Positions 48,030-57,853 of a stretch of 64,000 bases of DNA are shown here, one piece after another. The translations under genes were made by a program, and so were the position numbers. The notes beneath the pieces are model-generated. The model was not told the DNA's origin, did not search any database, and was given only the letters and a program-made list of their open reading frames with translations. Position 1 is the first letter of the stretch. Every line of letters begins with the position of its first letter. Source of the DNA: Lentisphaeria bacterium UBA1732 (lineage in GTDB: Bacteria > Verrucomicrobiota > Lentisphaeria > Victivallales > UBA1829); assembly GCA_002315855.1 (NCBI GenBank), contig DCIG01000048.1:5582-69581 (forward strand), written 5' to 3'.

Positions 48030-49982
48030 ATGAATATCGGCAACTATCATTCCTCCATTGAAAAATCACGTCTTTCGGGACGATTGGCTCTCATCTCGAT
48101 TCTGCTCACACTGGCTCTTGCCATCATCGTTTTTCTTGCAGGTCCGGCATTGAAATGGGCAGGCATGGAAACATTCACACTGTCGCTTTTCCCGGCAATA
48201 ACGGCATTGATTTATGCCATTACGGCCTTGATTCAGGCGATTCTGTACCGGAGAATGGTGGAAGAAGAGGATGAAAAACGCATTCTGGAACGCAGGAAAT
48301 CGAATGTCAATTCCATTTTGGATGTGGCAGAAGACGTGCGCTTCACGGCGGCTCATACGCTGGATAATTTCAACAAATATATTCCGTCGGCTGTATCCGC
48401 CTTGATTTTCCTGTGTGCAGTGCCGGCACTGTGGTATTTCTGGAAAAACTCGACCATCGGTGCGGAAGATACTTTGCAGCTCGTACTCACGCCGAAAAAC
48501 CCGATCAATCTGGCATTTCTGACCGCCATGATGGCAATATTCTCATTTTTCATGGGAATCTTCCTCGTGGGACAGTCGCATGTCCGCGAATACCGTTTTC
48601 TGCGTCCGGTCGGGTCATGGCTGATTTTCTTTGCAATCATTTCCATTACAAGTGCAATCTCGGCATTGTTCATCAATTTCGGGAAATCGGGGTGGACGAC
48701 ACAACTGACCAAGCTGATTTACGCGTGCTGCGCGGTTCTCACGGCAGAACTGCTCGTCAGCTTCATCATTGAATTTTACCGTCCGAGGAATGCGAAAGAA
48801 CAGCGTCCTGTGTATGAGAGCCGTCTGCTGGCACTCTTCACGGAGCCGGGCGGATTCGTGCGCAACATGGCAGATTCGCTGGATTATCAGTTCGGGTTTG
48901 AAGTTTCGCGCACGGGGATTTATCTGTTCTTCCGCAAGGCAATTATTCCGGCGGTCATGATTTGGATATTCTTCCTGTGGATTTTCACCTGCGTTGCAGA
49001 AGTCAAACCGGGGGAAAAAGGCATCCGCGAACGCTTCGGAGCAATTGACCGCACGCAAACACCGCTGGAAGCAGGAATTCATATCAAAATGCCGTGGCCG
49101 TGCGAGCGCATCATGCGTGTTCCCACGGACATTGTGCAGGTGGTTACCATCGGGACCTCCTCCAAATCGAAAGAAGGCTACCGCGTAATCCTCTGGACAG
49201 GGGATCATTATCAGACTGAAGATAATTTTCTTGTGGCAGTAGACCGTGCGGAAAATTCAGGACCATTCCCCGTATCCATTCTGGAAGTCTCGCTTCCGGT
49301 ATTTTTCACAGCATCACCGGAACATGTTTACGACTATGCCTACAATTTTGACGATGTCAACAAAACGCTGAAGGCAATCGGACAGGCAGAAGCGACCAAT
49401 TATTTTGCCAGCACCGATTTCAGCAAAGATATTTCCTCCGGACGTGAAGCCGTGGCAAAGAACCTGCACCAGCGCATTCAGCAGACTTGTGATGAACTGG
49501 AACTCGGCATCCGAATTGTCAGCGTCAATATGCACGATGCGCACCCGCCGGTAAAAAGCAATCCCCAAGACAACACCAACATCAGCGTGGCAGAAGCCTT
49601 CCAGTCGGTGGTCTGTGCCCAGGAAGAGGCAGTAACCACGATTTCCAAAGCCCGTGAATACGAGACCCAGACTCTGGAAAACGCGAAAGTCGAACGGATG
49701 CAGATTCTCGGCAAAGCAGAAGCATACAGATATGACACGGAGCATGTAGCGTTTTTCGATGCAGCACGATTTGAAAGCCAGCTGGCCTCTTATCACAAAA
49801 TGCCGGGAATGTTCGAGCTGCGCACCTATCTGGATTTTCTCGAAAATGATTGCAAGGATATTCGCAAATTCATTATTTCCGATCAGATTGACGTCAAAAA
49901 CTATGTGCTGAATCTGGAAGAAAAAGCATCGCTCGACCTTCTTGATACAGACCTCAATGCTCTGGCAAAGCCGGCAGATTAA
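48030..49982 (+). CDS. HflK-like SPFH-domain protein with a multi-TM N-terminal domain
   Basis: About 7 TM helices, then V.PGE.G..ERFG, GIH.K.PWP, D.HPP, VAEAF..V..A. Confidence 0.8.
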   Translation: MNIGNYHSSIEKSRLSGRLALISILLTLALAIIVFLAGPALKWAGMETFTLSLFPAITALIYAITALIQAILYRRMVEEEDEKRILERRKSNVNSILDVAEDVRFTAAHTLDNFNKYIPSAVSALIFLCAVPALWYFWKNSTIGAEDTLQLVLTPKNPINLAFLTAMMAIFSFFMGIFLVGQSHVREYRFLRPVGSWLIFFAIISITSAISALFINFGKSGWTTQLTKLIYACCAVLTAELLVSFIIEFYRPRNAKEQRPVYESRLLALFTEPGGFVRNMADSLDYQFGFEVSRTGIYLFFRKAIIPAVMIWIFFLWIFTCVAEVKPGEKGIRERFGAIDRTQTPLEAGIHIKMPWPCERIMRVPTDIVQVVTIGTSSKSKEGYRVILWTGDHYQTEDNFLVAVDRAENSGPFPVSILEVSLPVFFTASPEHVYDYAYNFDDVNKTLKAIGQAEATNYFASTDFSKDISSGREAVAKNLHQRIQQTCDELELGIRIVSVNMHDAHPPVKSNPQDNTNISVAEAFQSVVCAQEEAVTTISKAREYETQTLENAKVERMQILGKAEAYRYDTEHVAFFDAARFESQLASYHKMPGMFELRTYLDFLENDCKDIRKFIISDQIDVKNYVLNLEEKASLDLLDTDLNALAKPAD

Positions 49983-50089
49983 CAAACAGCAGACGGGTGT
50001 CTGCACCTTGAAGAAAACCAAAGGGAACTGTTTCCTGTTTTCACACTGAAAAACAGGGAATCGTTTCCGTACAACATACCTGATTACAC

Positions 50090-51742
50090 GTGTTCAAATT
50101 ACTCAAAAACAAAATCAACTCCATGATTGAGGAGCTGAAACGCTCCTTTACCTCATCCGCCACAGAAAAGTCCGCTGAACAGTCCGTCAGCAAACATGAC
50201 AGGAAACGCCGTCAACCGCGGCACGATGCTTCCACTTACATCAGGAAAGCAGACCAACGCCCCGGTACGCCGGGAAATTCGCCATCCCCGAAGAAACAGA
50301 AAAACAAAGACGCGGCGGGGAAAAAGCAGGATGCAGCAGAAAACATTTCGCAAAAGAAAAAGAAAACGAAATCTGCGGTAAAAGAACAGAAACAAGTTCA
50401 GCCGCAGCAGAATAAGCCACCACAGAAAAAAGCAATCCCGCCAATGCCGCCGATCATTCCCCCGCCGGAAGAAGAAGGAAAGATGCGTTTTACGGATTTG
50501 GAGCTGGCATCGGAAGTCAAAGCGGCAGTGCAGGTACTGGGATTCCTTTATTGCACGGAAATTCAGAAGCTCGCGCTGCCTCATGCAATCGCCGGGAAAG
50601 ACCTTGCGGCAAAAGCGCAGACAGGAACAGGCAAAACAGCGGCATTTCTGGCATCCCTGATTACGCGATTTCTTAAAAATCCGATTCAGGGAGAACGTGC
50701 AAACGGAACACCGCGAGCTTTGGTGCTTGCTCCGACCCGTGAACTGGCAATTCAGATTCATGATGATGCAGTCAATCTTTCGCGTTTCACAGGGCTGAAT
50801 ATTGTCGTTATTTTCGGGGGTATGGATCACGAAAAACAACGCAGAATGCTGAATGAACCAGTCGATATTCTGATTGGAACGCCGGGACGAATCATCGACT
50901 ACACCAAGAGCAGAGATTTGGACCTCTCGCAAGCGGAAGCACTGGTCATAGATGAAGCAGACCGGATGCTTGATATGGGGTTCATCCCTGATGTACGGCG
51001 CATCGTGTATCATCTGCCGCGCCCCGGAGTCCGCCAGACAATGCTGTTCAGCGCGACACTGGAACACGATATTCTGCGGCTTGTGGAATCGTGGATGGTG
51101 GAGCCTGTTTTCGTGGAATCTGAACCGGAACATGTCGTAACCGATTTAATTGACCAGCGTTTTTACGCAGTTCTGGATGAACAGAAGATGGGATTGCTGA
51201 TGTATCTGATCAAAGCAGAGAATCCGGGACGCATGATCATTTTCGGCAACCGCAAAGACAAAAACCTGAAGATTGCAGACCAGCTCTATTCCTACGGGGA
51301 AAATGTGGAACTGCTGTCGGGTGATGTGGCACAGGAAAAACGCCTGAAAGTGCTTGACCGCTTCCGCGAAGGGAAAACCCGCATTCTGGTTGCCACAGAT
51401 GTTGCGGCGCGAGGGATTCATGTAGACGATATTACGCACGTGGTCAACTACGATTTGCCGGAACAGGCGGATGATTACGTGCATCGAATCGGCCGCACAG
51501 GACGAGCAGGGGAAAAAGGCATCAGCATCAGTTTTGTGTGTGAATACGGGGCATTCCAGCTTCCCGCCATTGAGCAGTATGTCGGGTCGGAAATCAAGAC
51601 GATTCAGCCGTCGGCGGAAATGTTCCTGACACCGGAAGTTGTCCGAAAATCACCGTGGAGCGAAGAAATGAAACAGCATCATTCGCACGGAAGCGGAAAC
51701 CATTCATCGTCACGGAACCATCACAGCGGGCATCGGAAATGA
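50090..51742 (+). CDS. rhlB: DEAD-box RNA helicase, RhlB-like
   Basis: AQTGTGKT, PTRELA, DEADRMLDMGF, SAT, ARG.H, YVHRIGRTGRAG. Confidence 0.85.
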   Translation: MFKLLKNKINSMIEELKRSFTSSATEKSAEQSVSKHDRKRRQPRHDASTYIRKADQRPGTPGNSPSPKKQKNKDAAGKKQDAAENISQKKKKTKSAVKEQKQVQPQQNKPPQKKAIPPMPPIIPPPEEEGKMRFTDLELASEVKAAVQVLGFLYCTEIQKLALPHAIAGKDLAAKAQTGTGKTAAFLASLITRFLKNPIQGERANGTPRALVLAPTRELAIQIHDDAVNLSRFTGLNIVVIFGGMDHEKQRRMLNEPVDILIGTPGRIIDYTKSRDLDLSQAEALVIDEADRMLDMGFIPDVRRIVYHLPRPGVRQTMLFSATLEHDILRLVESWMVEPVFVESEPEHVVTDLIDQRFYAVLDEQKMGLLMYLIKAENPGRMIIFGNRKDKNLKIADQLYSYGENVELLSGDVAQEKRLKVLDRFREGKTRILVATDVAARGIHVDDITHVVNYDLPEQADDYVHRIGRTGRAGEKGISISFVCEYGAFQLPAIEQYVGSEIKTIQPSAEMFLTPEVVRKSPWSEEMKQHHSHGSGNHSSSRNHHSGHRK

Positions 51743-52227
51743 ACGATTCAGGGCCGCAAATCACCATCATTCTTGACCGATTGAGAAGCGCACACAATAC
51801 GGGCAATATTTTTCGTTTGGCAGAGGCGGTCGGCGCAAAAGAAATCATCTGCTGCGGCTATACCCCCTGCCCTCCGCATCCCAAGCTCGCAAAAACAGCC
51901 ATGGGAACAGATTTAACGGTTCACAGCCGGTCATTCCCTACGGCAAAAGAAGCGATTCTGGCATTGCGGGAAGAAACGCCCGGCATTGAAATTCTTGCGG
52001 TGGAGCCATTGGCGAATGCGGTGGAAGCATGGGAATATCCGTATCATTCGCCCATGGCAATCGTACTGGGCAATGAAGCACTGGGGATTACCGAAGACGC
52101 ACTGAATCTCTGCGACGCGTCGGTCGCCCTGCCAATGCTGGGGGCCAAGGCATCTATCAACGTGGGAAACTGCGCGGCGGCCGTTCTCTACATCGCTCTC
52201 TCAAAACTAAGGAAGGCCGTATCATGA
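51739..52227 (+). CDS. SpoU/TrmH-family RNA methyltransferase
   Basis: LD.LRS.HN.G.IFR, GNEA.GI, LPM.G.K.S.NV. ATGA overlap with the helicase. Confidence 0.88.
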   Translation: MNDSGPQITIILDRLRSAHNTGNIFRLAEAVGAKEIICCGYTPCPPHPKLAKTAMGTDLTVHSRSFPTAKEAILALREETPGIEILAVEPLANAVEAWEYPYHSPMAIVLGNEALGITEDALNLCDASVALPMLGAKASINVGNCAAAVLYIALSKLRKAVS

Positions 52228-52985
52228 TGAAAATCTATCCGTGGGGACGCAATATCACACTGTTGAAAGATGAACTGAAACGGCGCGGATTCACTGTTAC
52301 ATCGAATGCAGAAGAGGCAGACCTGATTATGCCCTACGGCGGGGACGGGACATTTTTCTCTGCGGAACTCAAATGGCCCGGCAAGCTCAAATTTCCCATG
52401 CGAGATACATTCACTGCGCCGGTCTGCCCCGATCACGGTATCAATATGCAGCTGAACATGCTTCAGGAAGGGACGCTTCATTACGTTGAACTGCCCAAGC
52501 TGTGCGGATGTGCCAACGGGATGGAATGCCACGGCATCAATGATGTTTTCCTGCACAATCATTTTCCGGCTTCGGCACTGCGCTACAGCGTCATCATTGA
52601 CGGAGAAATGTACGCCCGTGAAATCGTAGGGGATGCAGTCGGAGCCGCAACACCGCACGGGTCAACAGCGTATTACCGCAGTATCACCCACAATACATTC
52701 CGCACCGGAATCGGGCTGGCATTCAGCAACAGTACAGAGCTTGTGGACCATTTAGTCCTGAAAGAGACATCAAGAGTGCAGATTCATATTCTGCGGGGAC
52801 CTGCGGATATGCTGGCGGACAATTCGCCGGACCTGATTCATCTGGAAGAGGGAGAATCCGCCGAAATCTATTTATCCGAGCTCAAAACGCCTGTTTTGGG
52901 ACTTGATTTATTCATGTGCAGCGAATGCCGCAGATTACGGCATACCCTGCGCAATACATCGCAGTTCTTCGGGGGACGTCCGTGA
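52224..52985 (+). CDS. NAD kinase-like protein
   Basis: GGDGT, IND, GD....ATP.GSTAY. Confidence 0.75.
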   Translation: MMKIYPWGRNITLLKDELKRRGFTVTSNAEEADLIMPYGGDGTFFSAELKWPGKLKFPMRDTFTAPVCPDHGINMQLNMLQEGTLHYVELPKLCGCANGMECHGINDVFLHNHFPASALRYSVIIDGEMYAREIVGDAVGAATPHGSTAYYRSITHNTFRTGIGLAFSNSTELVDHLVLKETSRVQIHILRGPADMLADNSPDLIHLEEGESAEIYLSELKTPVLGLDLFMCSECRRLRHTLRNTSQFFGGRP

Positions 52986-53611
52986 AAATTCTGATTACGG
53001 CAGGACCGACCCGCGAGGCGCTTGACCCGGTTCGCTTCCTCTCCAACCGTTCTACGGGGAAAATGGGATATGCACTGGCAGAAGCGGCAATTGAAGCGGG
53101 ACATACGGTTTCGCTTGTTTCGGGTCCGGTCGTAATTACAGCGCCTGAGGGTCTTGCAGAATTTGTACCGGTCATTTCCGCCGCAGACATGGCAGAAGCC
53201 GTGAAAAAACGTTTTCCCGATATGGATGCCGCCATTATGTGCGCAGCAGTGGCGGATTACCGTCCGGCAGAATTTTCACCGCTCAAACTCAAGAAAAAAG
53301 ATGATGATTTGATTCTGCGACTGGAACGCACGGAAGATATTCTGAAATCACTTGGTGCGATGAAAAAATCGAACCAGATTCTGGCAGGATTTGCCGCTGA
53401 AACCGACCATCTGAAAGAAAATGCGCTGGCTAAACTGGAAAAGAAAAATCTGGACTGGATTGCCGCAAATGATGTTTCCGCCTCTGACCGGGGATTTGCT
53501 TCTTCGTCCAATGCGGTTACACTGTTCGGACGCAACGGGGCGGTGCATCAGCTGGACTACGCACCGAAAAAAGAAATTGCCGAAGAAATCATTCGGATTA
53601 TCCTCGACTGA
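52982..53611 (+). CDS. coaB: Phosphopantothenate-cysteine ligase, stand-alone CoaB domain
   Basis: [42 protein letters not shown]. No CoaC domain. Confidence 0.88.
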   Translation: MKILITAGPTREALDPVRFLSNRSTGKMGYALAEAAIEAGHTVSLVSGPVVITAPEGLAEFVPVISAADMAEAVKKRFPDMDAAIMCAAVADYRPAEFSPLKLKKKDDDLILRLERTEDILKSLGAMKKSNQILAGFAAETDHLKENALAKLEKKNLDWIAANDVSASDRGFASSSNAVTLFGRNGAVHQLDYAPKKEIAEEIIRIILD

Positions 53612-53630
53612 AATTCTGATTGTGCAAGAC

Positions 53631-53654
53631 ATCCGCTGTCAGCGGATTTTTTTT
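53631..53654 (+). terminator. Intrinsic terminator
   Basis: ATCCGCT-GTC-AGCGGAT followed by a T-run. Confidence 0.85.
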
Positions 53655-53657
53655 GTA

Positions 53658-56264
53658 TCAAAACAAGGTCAACTGTTCCTCTTCGGGGCCCTGCTTTTCC
53701 TCAGAAACATCCGAAGAATCAGCAGAGGGATGCCGTTTCACAGGCTTGGACTTGAATTTCCCGGGATGTTCGTGCATAATCGGACGAATAAAGGAAGGAG
53801 TACCGGCATCGCCAATGGAATTTGCTTCCAGATTTTCCAGAATTTCCTTGGCACGCGTAATAACTTCCTTGGGCAGACCTGCAAGACGTGCCACATGAAT
53901 ACCATAGCTCTTATCGGCGGCACCGGGGACAATCTGACGCAGGAAGATAATCTGTTCACCGTACTCGCGCACCGCGACATTATAGTTTTTCACGCCCCTG
54001 CGAGTCATGGCAAGTTCCGCCATCTCATGATAGTGCGTGGCGAACTGAGTTCTGGCACGGCAGGATGGATGATCCAGTAGGAACTCGGCAACCGAAATGG
54101 CAATGGACAAACCGTCAAATGTGCTGGTGCCGCGTCCGATTTCATCCAGAATCACGATACTTTTGCTGGTGGCATGATTCAAAATATTGGCAGTCTCAAT
54201 CATTTCCACCATAAACGTACTCTGACCGCGGGACAAATCATCCATCGCACCGACGCGGGTGAAAATCCGGTCCGCCAGACCAATATACGCTTCGTCTGCG
54301 GGAATAAATGACCCCATTTGCGCCATAATCACCAGCAAAGCAGTCTGACGAATATATGTGGATTTACCGGCCATATTCGGACCTGTCAAAATCATCATGC
54401 GGTTGTCGCCGCCATCCAGCAGCGTATCATTCGGGACAAAACGTTCCTGTTCCATTTTCGCATCCAGCACAGGATGCCGCCCCGCAGTAATCCGCAGGAG
54501 GTCATCATCCGCCACATGGGGACGGCAATAATGATATTTGGAAGCACAATCTCCGAGAGCGCAAAGGACATCCAGCATGGCAACGGCCGAAGCGGTTTTC
54601 TGAATCATCGGAGTAAATTTCTGAGCATAATCGCGGAGTTCATCGAAAAGCTGACGTTCCAGTGCCAATGCTTTGTCGGATGCACCGAGGATTTTGCTTT
54701 CCATTTCTTTCAGCTCGCCTGTAATGAACCGTTCGCCATTGGTCAAGGTCTGTTTGCGCACATAATCATCGGGAACCAGCGACAAGTTGCTCTTCGATAC
54801 CTCAATAAAGTAGCCGAAGACCTTGTTGTAATGCACTTTCAGCGACTTAATTCCGGTGCGTTCCTGTTCTTTTGCCTGAAGTTGTGCCAGCCATGTTTTG
54901 CCGTCGGTAATTGCGGAACGGAAGGTATCCAAATCAGAGTTGTAGCCGGTTCTGATATAGCCGCCGTCATTCATCAGCGCAGGGGGATCATCCGCAATCG
55001 CCGCATAAAGACGTTCCGTCAATTCAGGAAATTCTCCGATTTCACAGCGCAAACGCTCCACCAAAGGCAAATCATACGCATTCATGATAACGCGAAGTCC
55101 CGGCAGCACAGAAAGGCTGTGCGCCATAGCAAGGAGGTCGCGGGCATTCACCAAACCTGTATTGAGTTTGGCAGTCAGACGTTCCAAGTCGCGAATGCTT
55201 CCCAAAGTTTCGCGTATCTCTTCGCGGGTCAAAACCTCATCTTTCATCAAGCCGACCACATCCTGCCGCTCCACAATGCGATCCACCTGACGCAGAGGTT
55301 TCAGCAGCCATTGACGCATCAAACGCGAGCCCATCGCTGTAGCAGTATGATCCAAGACCTGCAAAAGAGTACCTTCGCGGTCGCCGCCATGAAGCGACTC
55401 CACCAATTCCAAATTGCGCTGACAAACAGGGTCAAGTCCCAAATATTCTTCACTGAAATTCCGGCGAATCGAAACAATATGCCCCGTATTGCGCCGTAAA
55501 TTCTCCTGCGCATAATGAAGCACCGCCCCCGCTGCCCGCACTGCCACAGGACAATCACGAAGTCCGAATCCATCCAGTGTCGAAACGGAAAACTGCTTTT
55601 TCAGCAAATCGACAGCATAATCGCCGCCGAAAGCCCAGTCATCCAAAGCGGACCACAGCAGGGGATGTGCGGTAAGAGGCTTTTGCAACTCCGGATTTTT
55701 CTGAGCCCAGGAATCAGACAGAGATTGAGGTATCAAACACTCCCGCGGATGAAGTCTTTGCAGTTCGCTCTCCACATTTTCCACAGAATCCAGTACTTCA
55801 GTCTGAAATTCACCGGTACTGATGTCCAGCCAGGAAAAACCATAGCCGTCTTTCCCCGCATACAAGAGGGCACAGAGGAAATTATTATCGCCCGGTTTGA
55901 GACATGCGGAGTCCAAAATGGTGCCGGGCGTGATGATTCGTGTAATTGCGCGCTGGACAATGCCTTTTGCAAGTGCAGGGTCTTCCATCTGCTCGGCAAT
56001 CGCCACTTTCACACCGGCATCCAGCAGCTTCGGCAGATAGGCATCCACGGCATGATACGGGACCCCGCACATCGGATAACCGGCACGCTTCGTCAGAACA
56101 ACTTCCAGAATCGGCGATGCTTTGACGGCATCCTCGAAAAACATTTCATAAAAATCACCGAGACGGAACAACAGCACGGAATCAGGCGGAGTTTCAGACT
56201 TCACCTGCAAATACTGTTTCATCATCGGCGTGATGGCATCCGGCGGCAAATCAGGCATCTTCAA
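53658..56264 (-). CDS. mutS: DNA mismatch repair protein MutS
   Basis: TPMMKQY, GDFYEMF, TGPNMAGKST, STFMVEM, DEIGRGT, THYHE, C-terminal QLTLF. Confidence 0.97.
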   Translation of the reverse strand: MKMPDLPPDAITPMMKQYLQVKSETPPDSVLLFRLGDFYEMFFEDAVKASPILEVVLTKRAGYPMCGVPYHAVDAYLPKLLDAGVKVAIAEQMEDPALAKGIVQRAITRIITPGTILDSACLKPGDNNFLCALLYAGKDGYGFSWLDISTGEFQTEVLDSVENVESELQRLHPRECLIPQSLSDSWAQKNPELQKPLTAHPLLWSALDDWAFGGDYAVDLLKKQFSVSTLDGFGLRDCPVAVRAAGAVLHYAQENLRRNTGHIVSIRRNFSEEYLGLDPVCQRNLELVESLHGGDREGTLLQVLDHTATAMGSRLMRQWLLKPLRQVDRIVERQDVVGLMKDEVLTREEIRETLGSIRDLERLTAKLNTGLVNARDLLAMAHSLSVLPGLRVIMNAYDLPLVERLRCEIGEFPELTERLYAAIADDPPALMNDGGYIRTGYNSDLDTFRSAITDGKTWLAQLQAKEQERTGIKSLKVHYNKVFGYFIEVSKSNLSLVPDDYVRKQTLTNGERFITGELKEMESKILGASDKALALERQLFDELRDYAQKFTPMIQKTASAVAMLDVLCALGDCASKYHYCRPHVADDDLLRITAGRHPVLDAKMEQERFVPNDTLLDGGDNRMMILTGPNMAGKSTYIRQTALLVIMAQMGSFIPADEAYIGLADRIFTRVGAMDDLSRGQSTFMVEMIETANILNHATSKSIVILDEIGRGTSTFDGLSIAISVAEFLLDHPSCRARTQFATHYHEMAELAMTRRGVKNYNVAVREYGEQIIFLRQIVPGAADKSYGIHVARLAGLPKEVITRAKEILENLEANSIGDAGTPSFIRPIMHEHPGKFKSKPVKRHPSADSSDVSEEKQGPEEEQLTLF

Positions 56265-56284
56265 ACATTCCCGTTAAAATCCGC

Positions 56285-56662
56285 TCAAAATGGAACACTG
56301 TCATTGTCGTAATCATCGGCTTCCCCGCGAACAGGATGCACCTCCCTGCGAACATTACGCAGTCCCGCAGAATTACCGGGGATAAAATCACTGCCATCGC
56401 CGGAGTCATGCCGGAAATCACTCCATTCCTGTCCATCTGGACCATCTTTGGTCAGGATTTCAATTTTCTGTTTCAAAGAATCCAACTGCTTCTGGCAGTA
56501 AGCTGAAAGTTTGCGAGCCTGCTCAAATGAGGCAATTACATCTTCCAGTTTCGTATTGCCATTTTCCATGGAACGCACCAAAGATTCCAGCCGTGCCATC
56601 GCAGTTTCAAAGGACATAGCCTGCGATTCTGTTTGATCAGAGTTCATTTCAAGTTCAGCCAT
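56285..56662 (-). CDS. xseB: Exodeoxyribonuclease VII small subunit with C-terminal extension
   Basis: SFE.A..RLE.LV..ME.G...LE.....FE....L...C...L.....KI..L. Confidence 0.85.
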   Translation of the reverse strand: MAELEMNSDQTESQAMSFETAMARLESLVRSMENGNTKLEDVIASFEQARKLSAYCQKQLDSLKQKIEILTKDGPDGQEWSDFRHDSGDGSDFIPGNSAGLRNVRREVHPVRGEADDYDNDSVPF

Positions 56663-56910
56663 GTGTCGGACTGTCTCCAGGTAAATCAAGTTCGTTTTGA
56701 CGGCATCCCGGAAAATCAAGCGCAAAAAGACTTAATGAGATACCATTCATCCCCAATGGAGTCAAAAATAAAAACATGCACTCCATGAAGAACGATTGTA
56801 AAAACAGATGAGATTAAGGTATAAAATCACATCTCTATAACATTATACATCAAGTTTGGCGAATAGTCAAATGATACGTTCATTTTTTCTCAAAAAAATA
56901 CGTTTCGCAT

Positions 56911-56939
56911 TTGATATTTCTTCTGTCTTATGATATATT
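56911..56939 (+). promoter_or_regulatory. sigma70-like promoter with extended -10
   Basis: TTGATA-17-TATATT with TG. Confidence 0.65.
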
Positions 56940-57038
56940 AAAAAATGTATTATTAACTTACGGTTATACTTCGGAACTGATTTCACGCAAGCAAACCGGA
57001 AAAATCACTTTCCCATCAAATTGAAAGGGCCTGCCACT

Positions 57039-57803
57039 ATGATGGTCAAATGTCAAGACTGCGGATTTGAAAACCAAATGGGATCTATTTTCTGCAGAAA
57101 ATGCGGTGCAAAACTGAATCTCGATGCAATGGATCCGAAACTGCTCAAGCAGAATGCGAAAAAAGAAACGCTGATCAAGAACACCAAGAAACGCATCAAA
57201 CAACTGGTTATCAATATTGTTGTACTGGGAATCGTTGTTACAATCCTCGGTTTGCTTTTCTACAATGGCGGACTCCGCACCTATGAAGAACCGGCAGTCA
57301 GTACAGGCATCCTGAACACCCGCATCAAAACCATGCAGTCCGGGGAACGCGCTACGACCTGCTCTTTCTCCCCCAATGAACTGACCATCCTGATCAAAGA
57401 AAATATCATGCCGCTTCTGGTTCCAGGCAATGTCAGTATGGATGCCATGGAAGTTACCATTGATGGTGAAACGGTTACAGCATACGCATGGATTAAACTC
57501 TTCGGCAAAGTACCGGTTCTTTACACCATCGTCGGCAAATTAAACTTCAAGAAACTGGAAGAATTCCATCCTCATTTTGCAGGAGAAGAACCGCCTCCGT
57601 ACAAACCGCTTTCTTTTGACATTGACAAACTTGTCATCGGGCGTCTTCCGTTCTTCTTCCGTGCCGACCTCTTCACAGGCCCGGTGGAATCCATTATTGA
57701 CAATGATTTTGTCTCTGATTTATTCCAGTATGCCGACTCCATGTCCGTGAGTTCAGAAGGCATTCAAGTCAAGATTCACAAGAAGCCGGCAGCAGAGGAA
57801 TAA
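57039..57803 (+). CDS. Zinc-ribbon membrane protein
   Basis: CQDCG.EN....FCRKCG.KL, one TM, extracytoplasmic beta domain. Confidence 0.8.
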   Translation: MMVKCQDCGFENQMGSIFCRKCGAKLNLDAMDPKLLKQNAKKETLIKNTKKRIKQLVINIVVLGIVVTILGLLFYNGGLRTYEEPAVSTGILNTRIKTMQSGERATTCSFSPNELTILIKENIMPLLVPGNVSMDAMEVTIDGETVTAYAWIKLFGKVPVLYTIVGKLNFKKLEEFHPHFAGEEPPPYKPLSFDIDKLVIGRLPFFFRADLFTGPVESIIDNDFVSDLFQYADSMSVSSEGIQVKIHKKPAAEE

Positions 57804-57853
57804 TTTCCTCTTTTACGGCGTTTATCACCTCATAACCTTTGGAATTGTCTATC

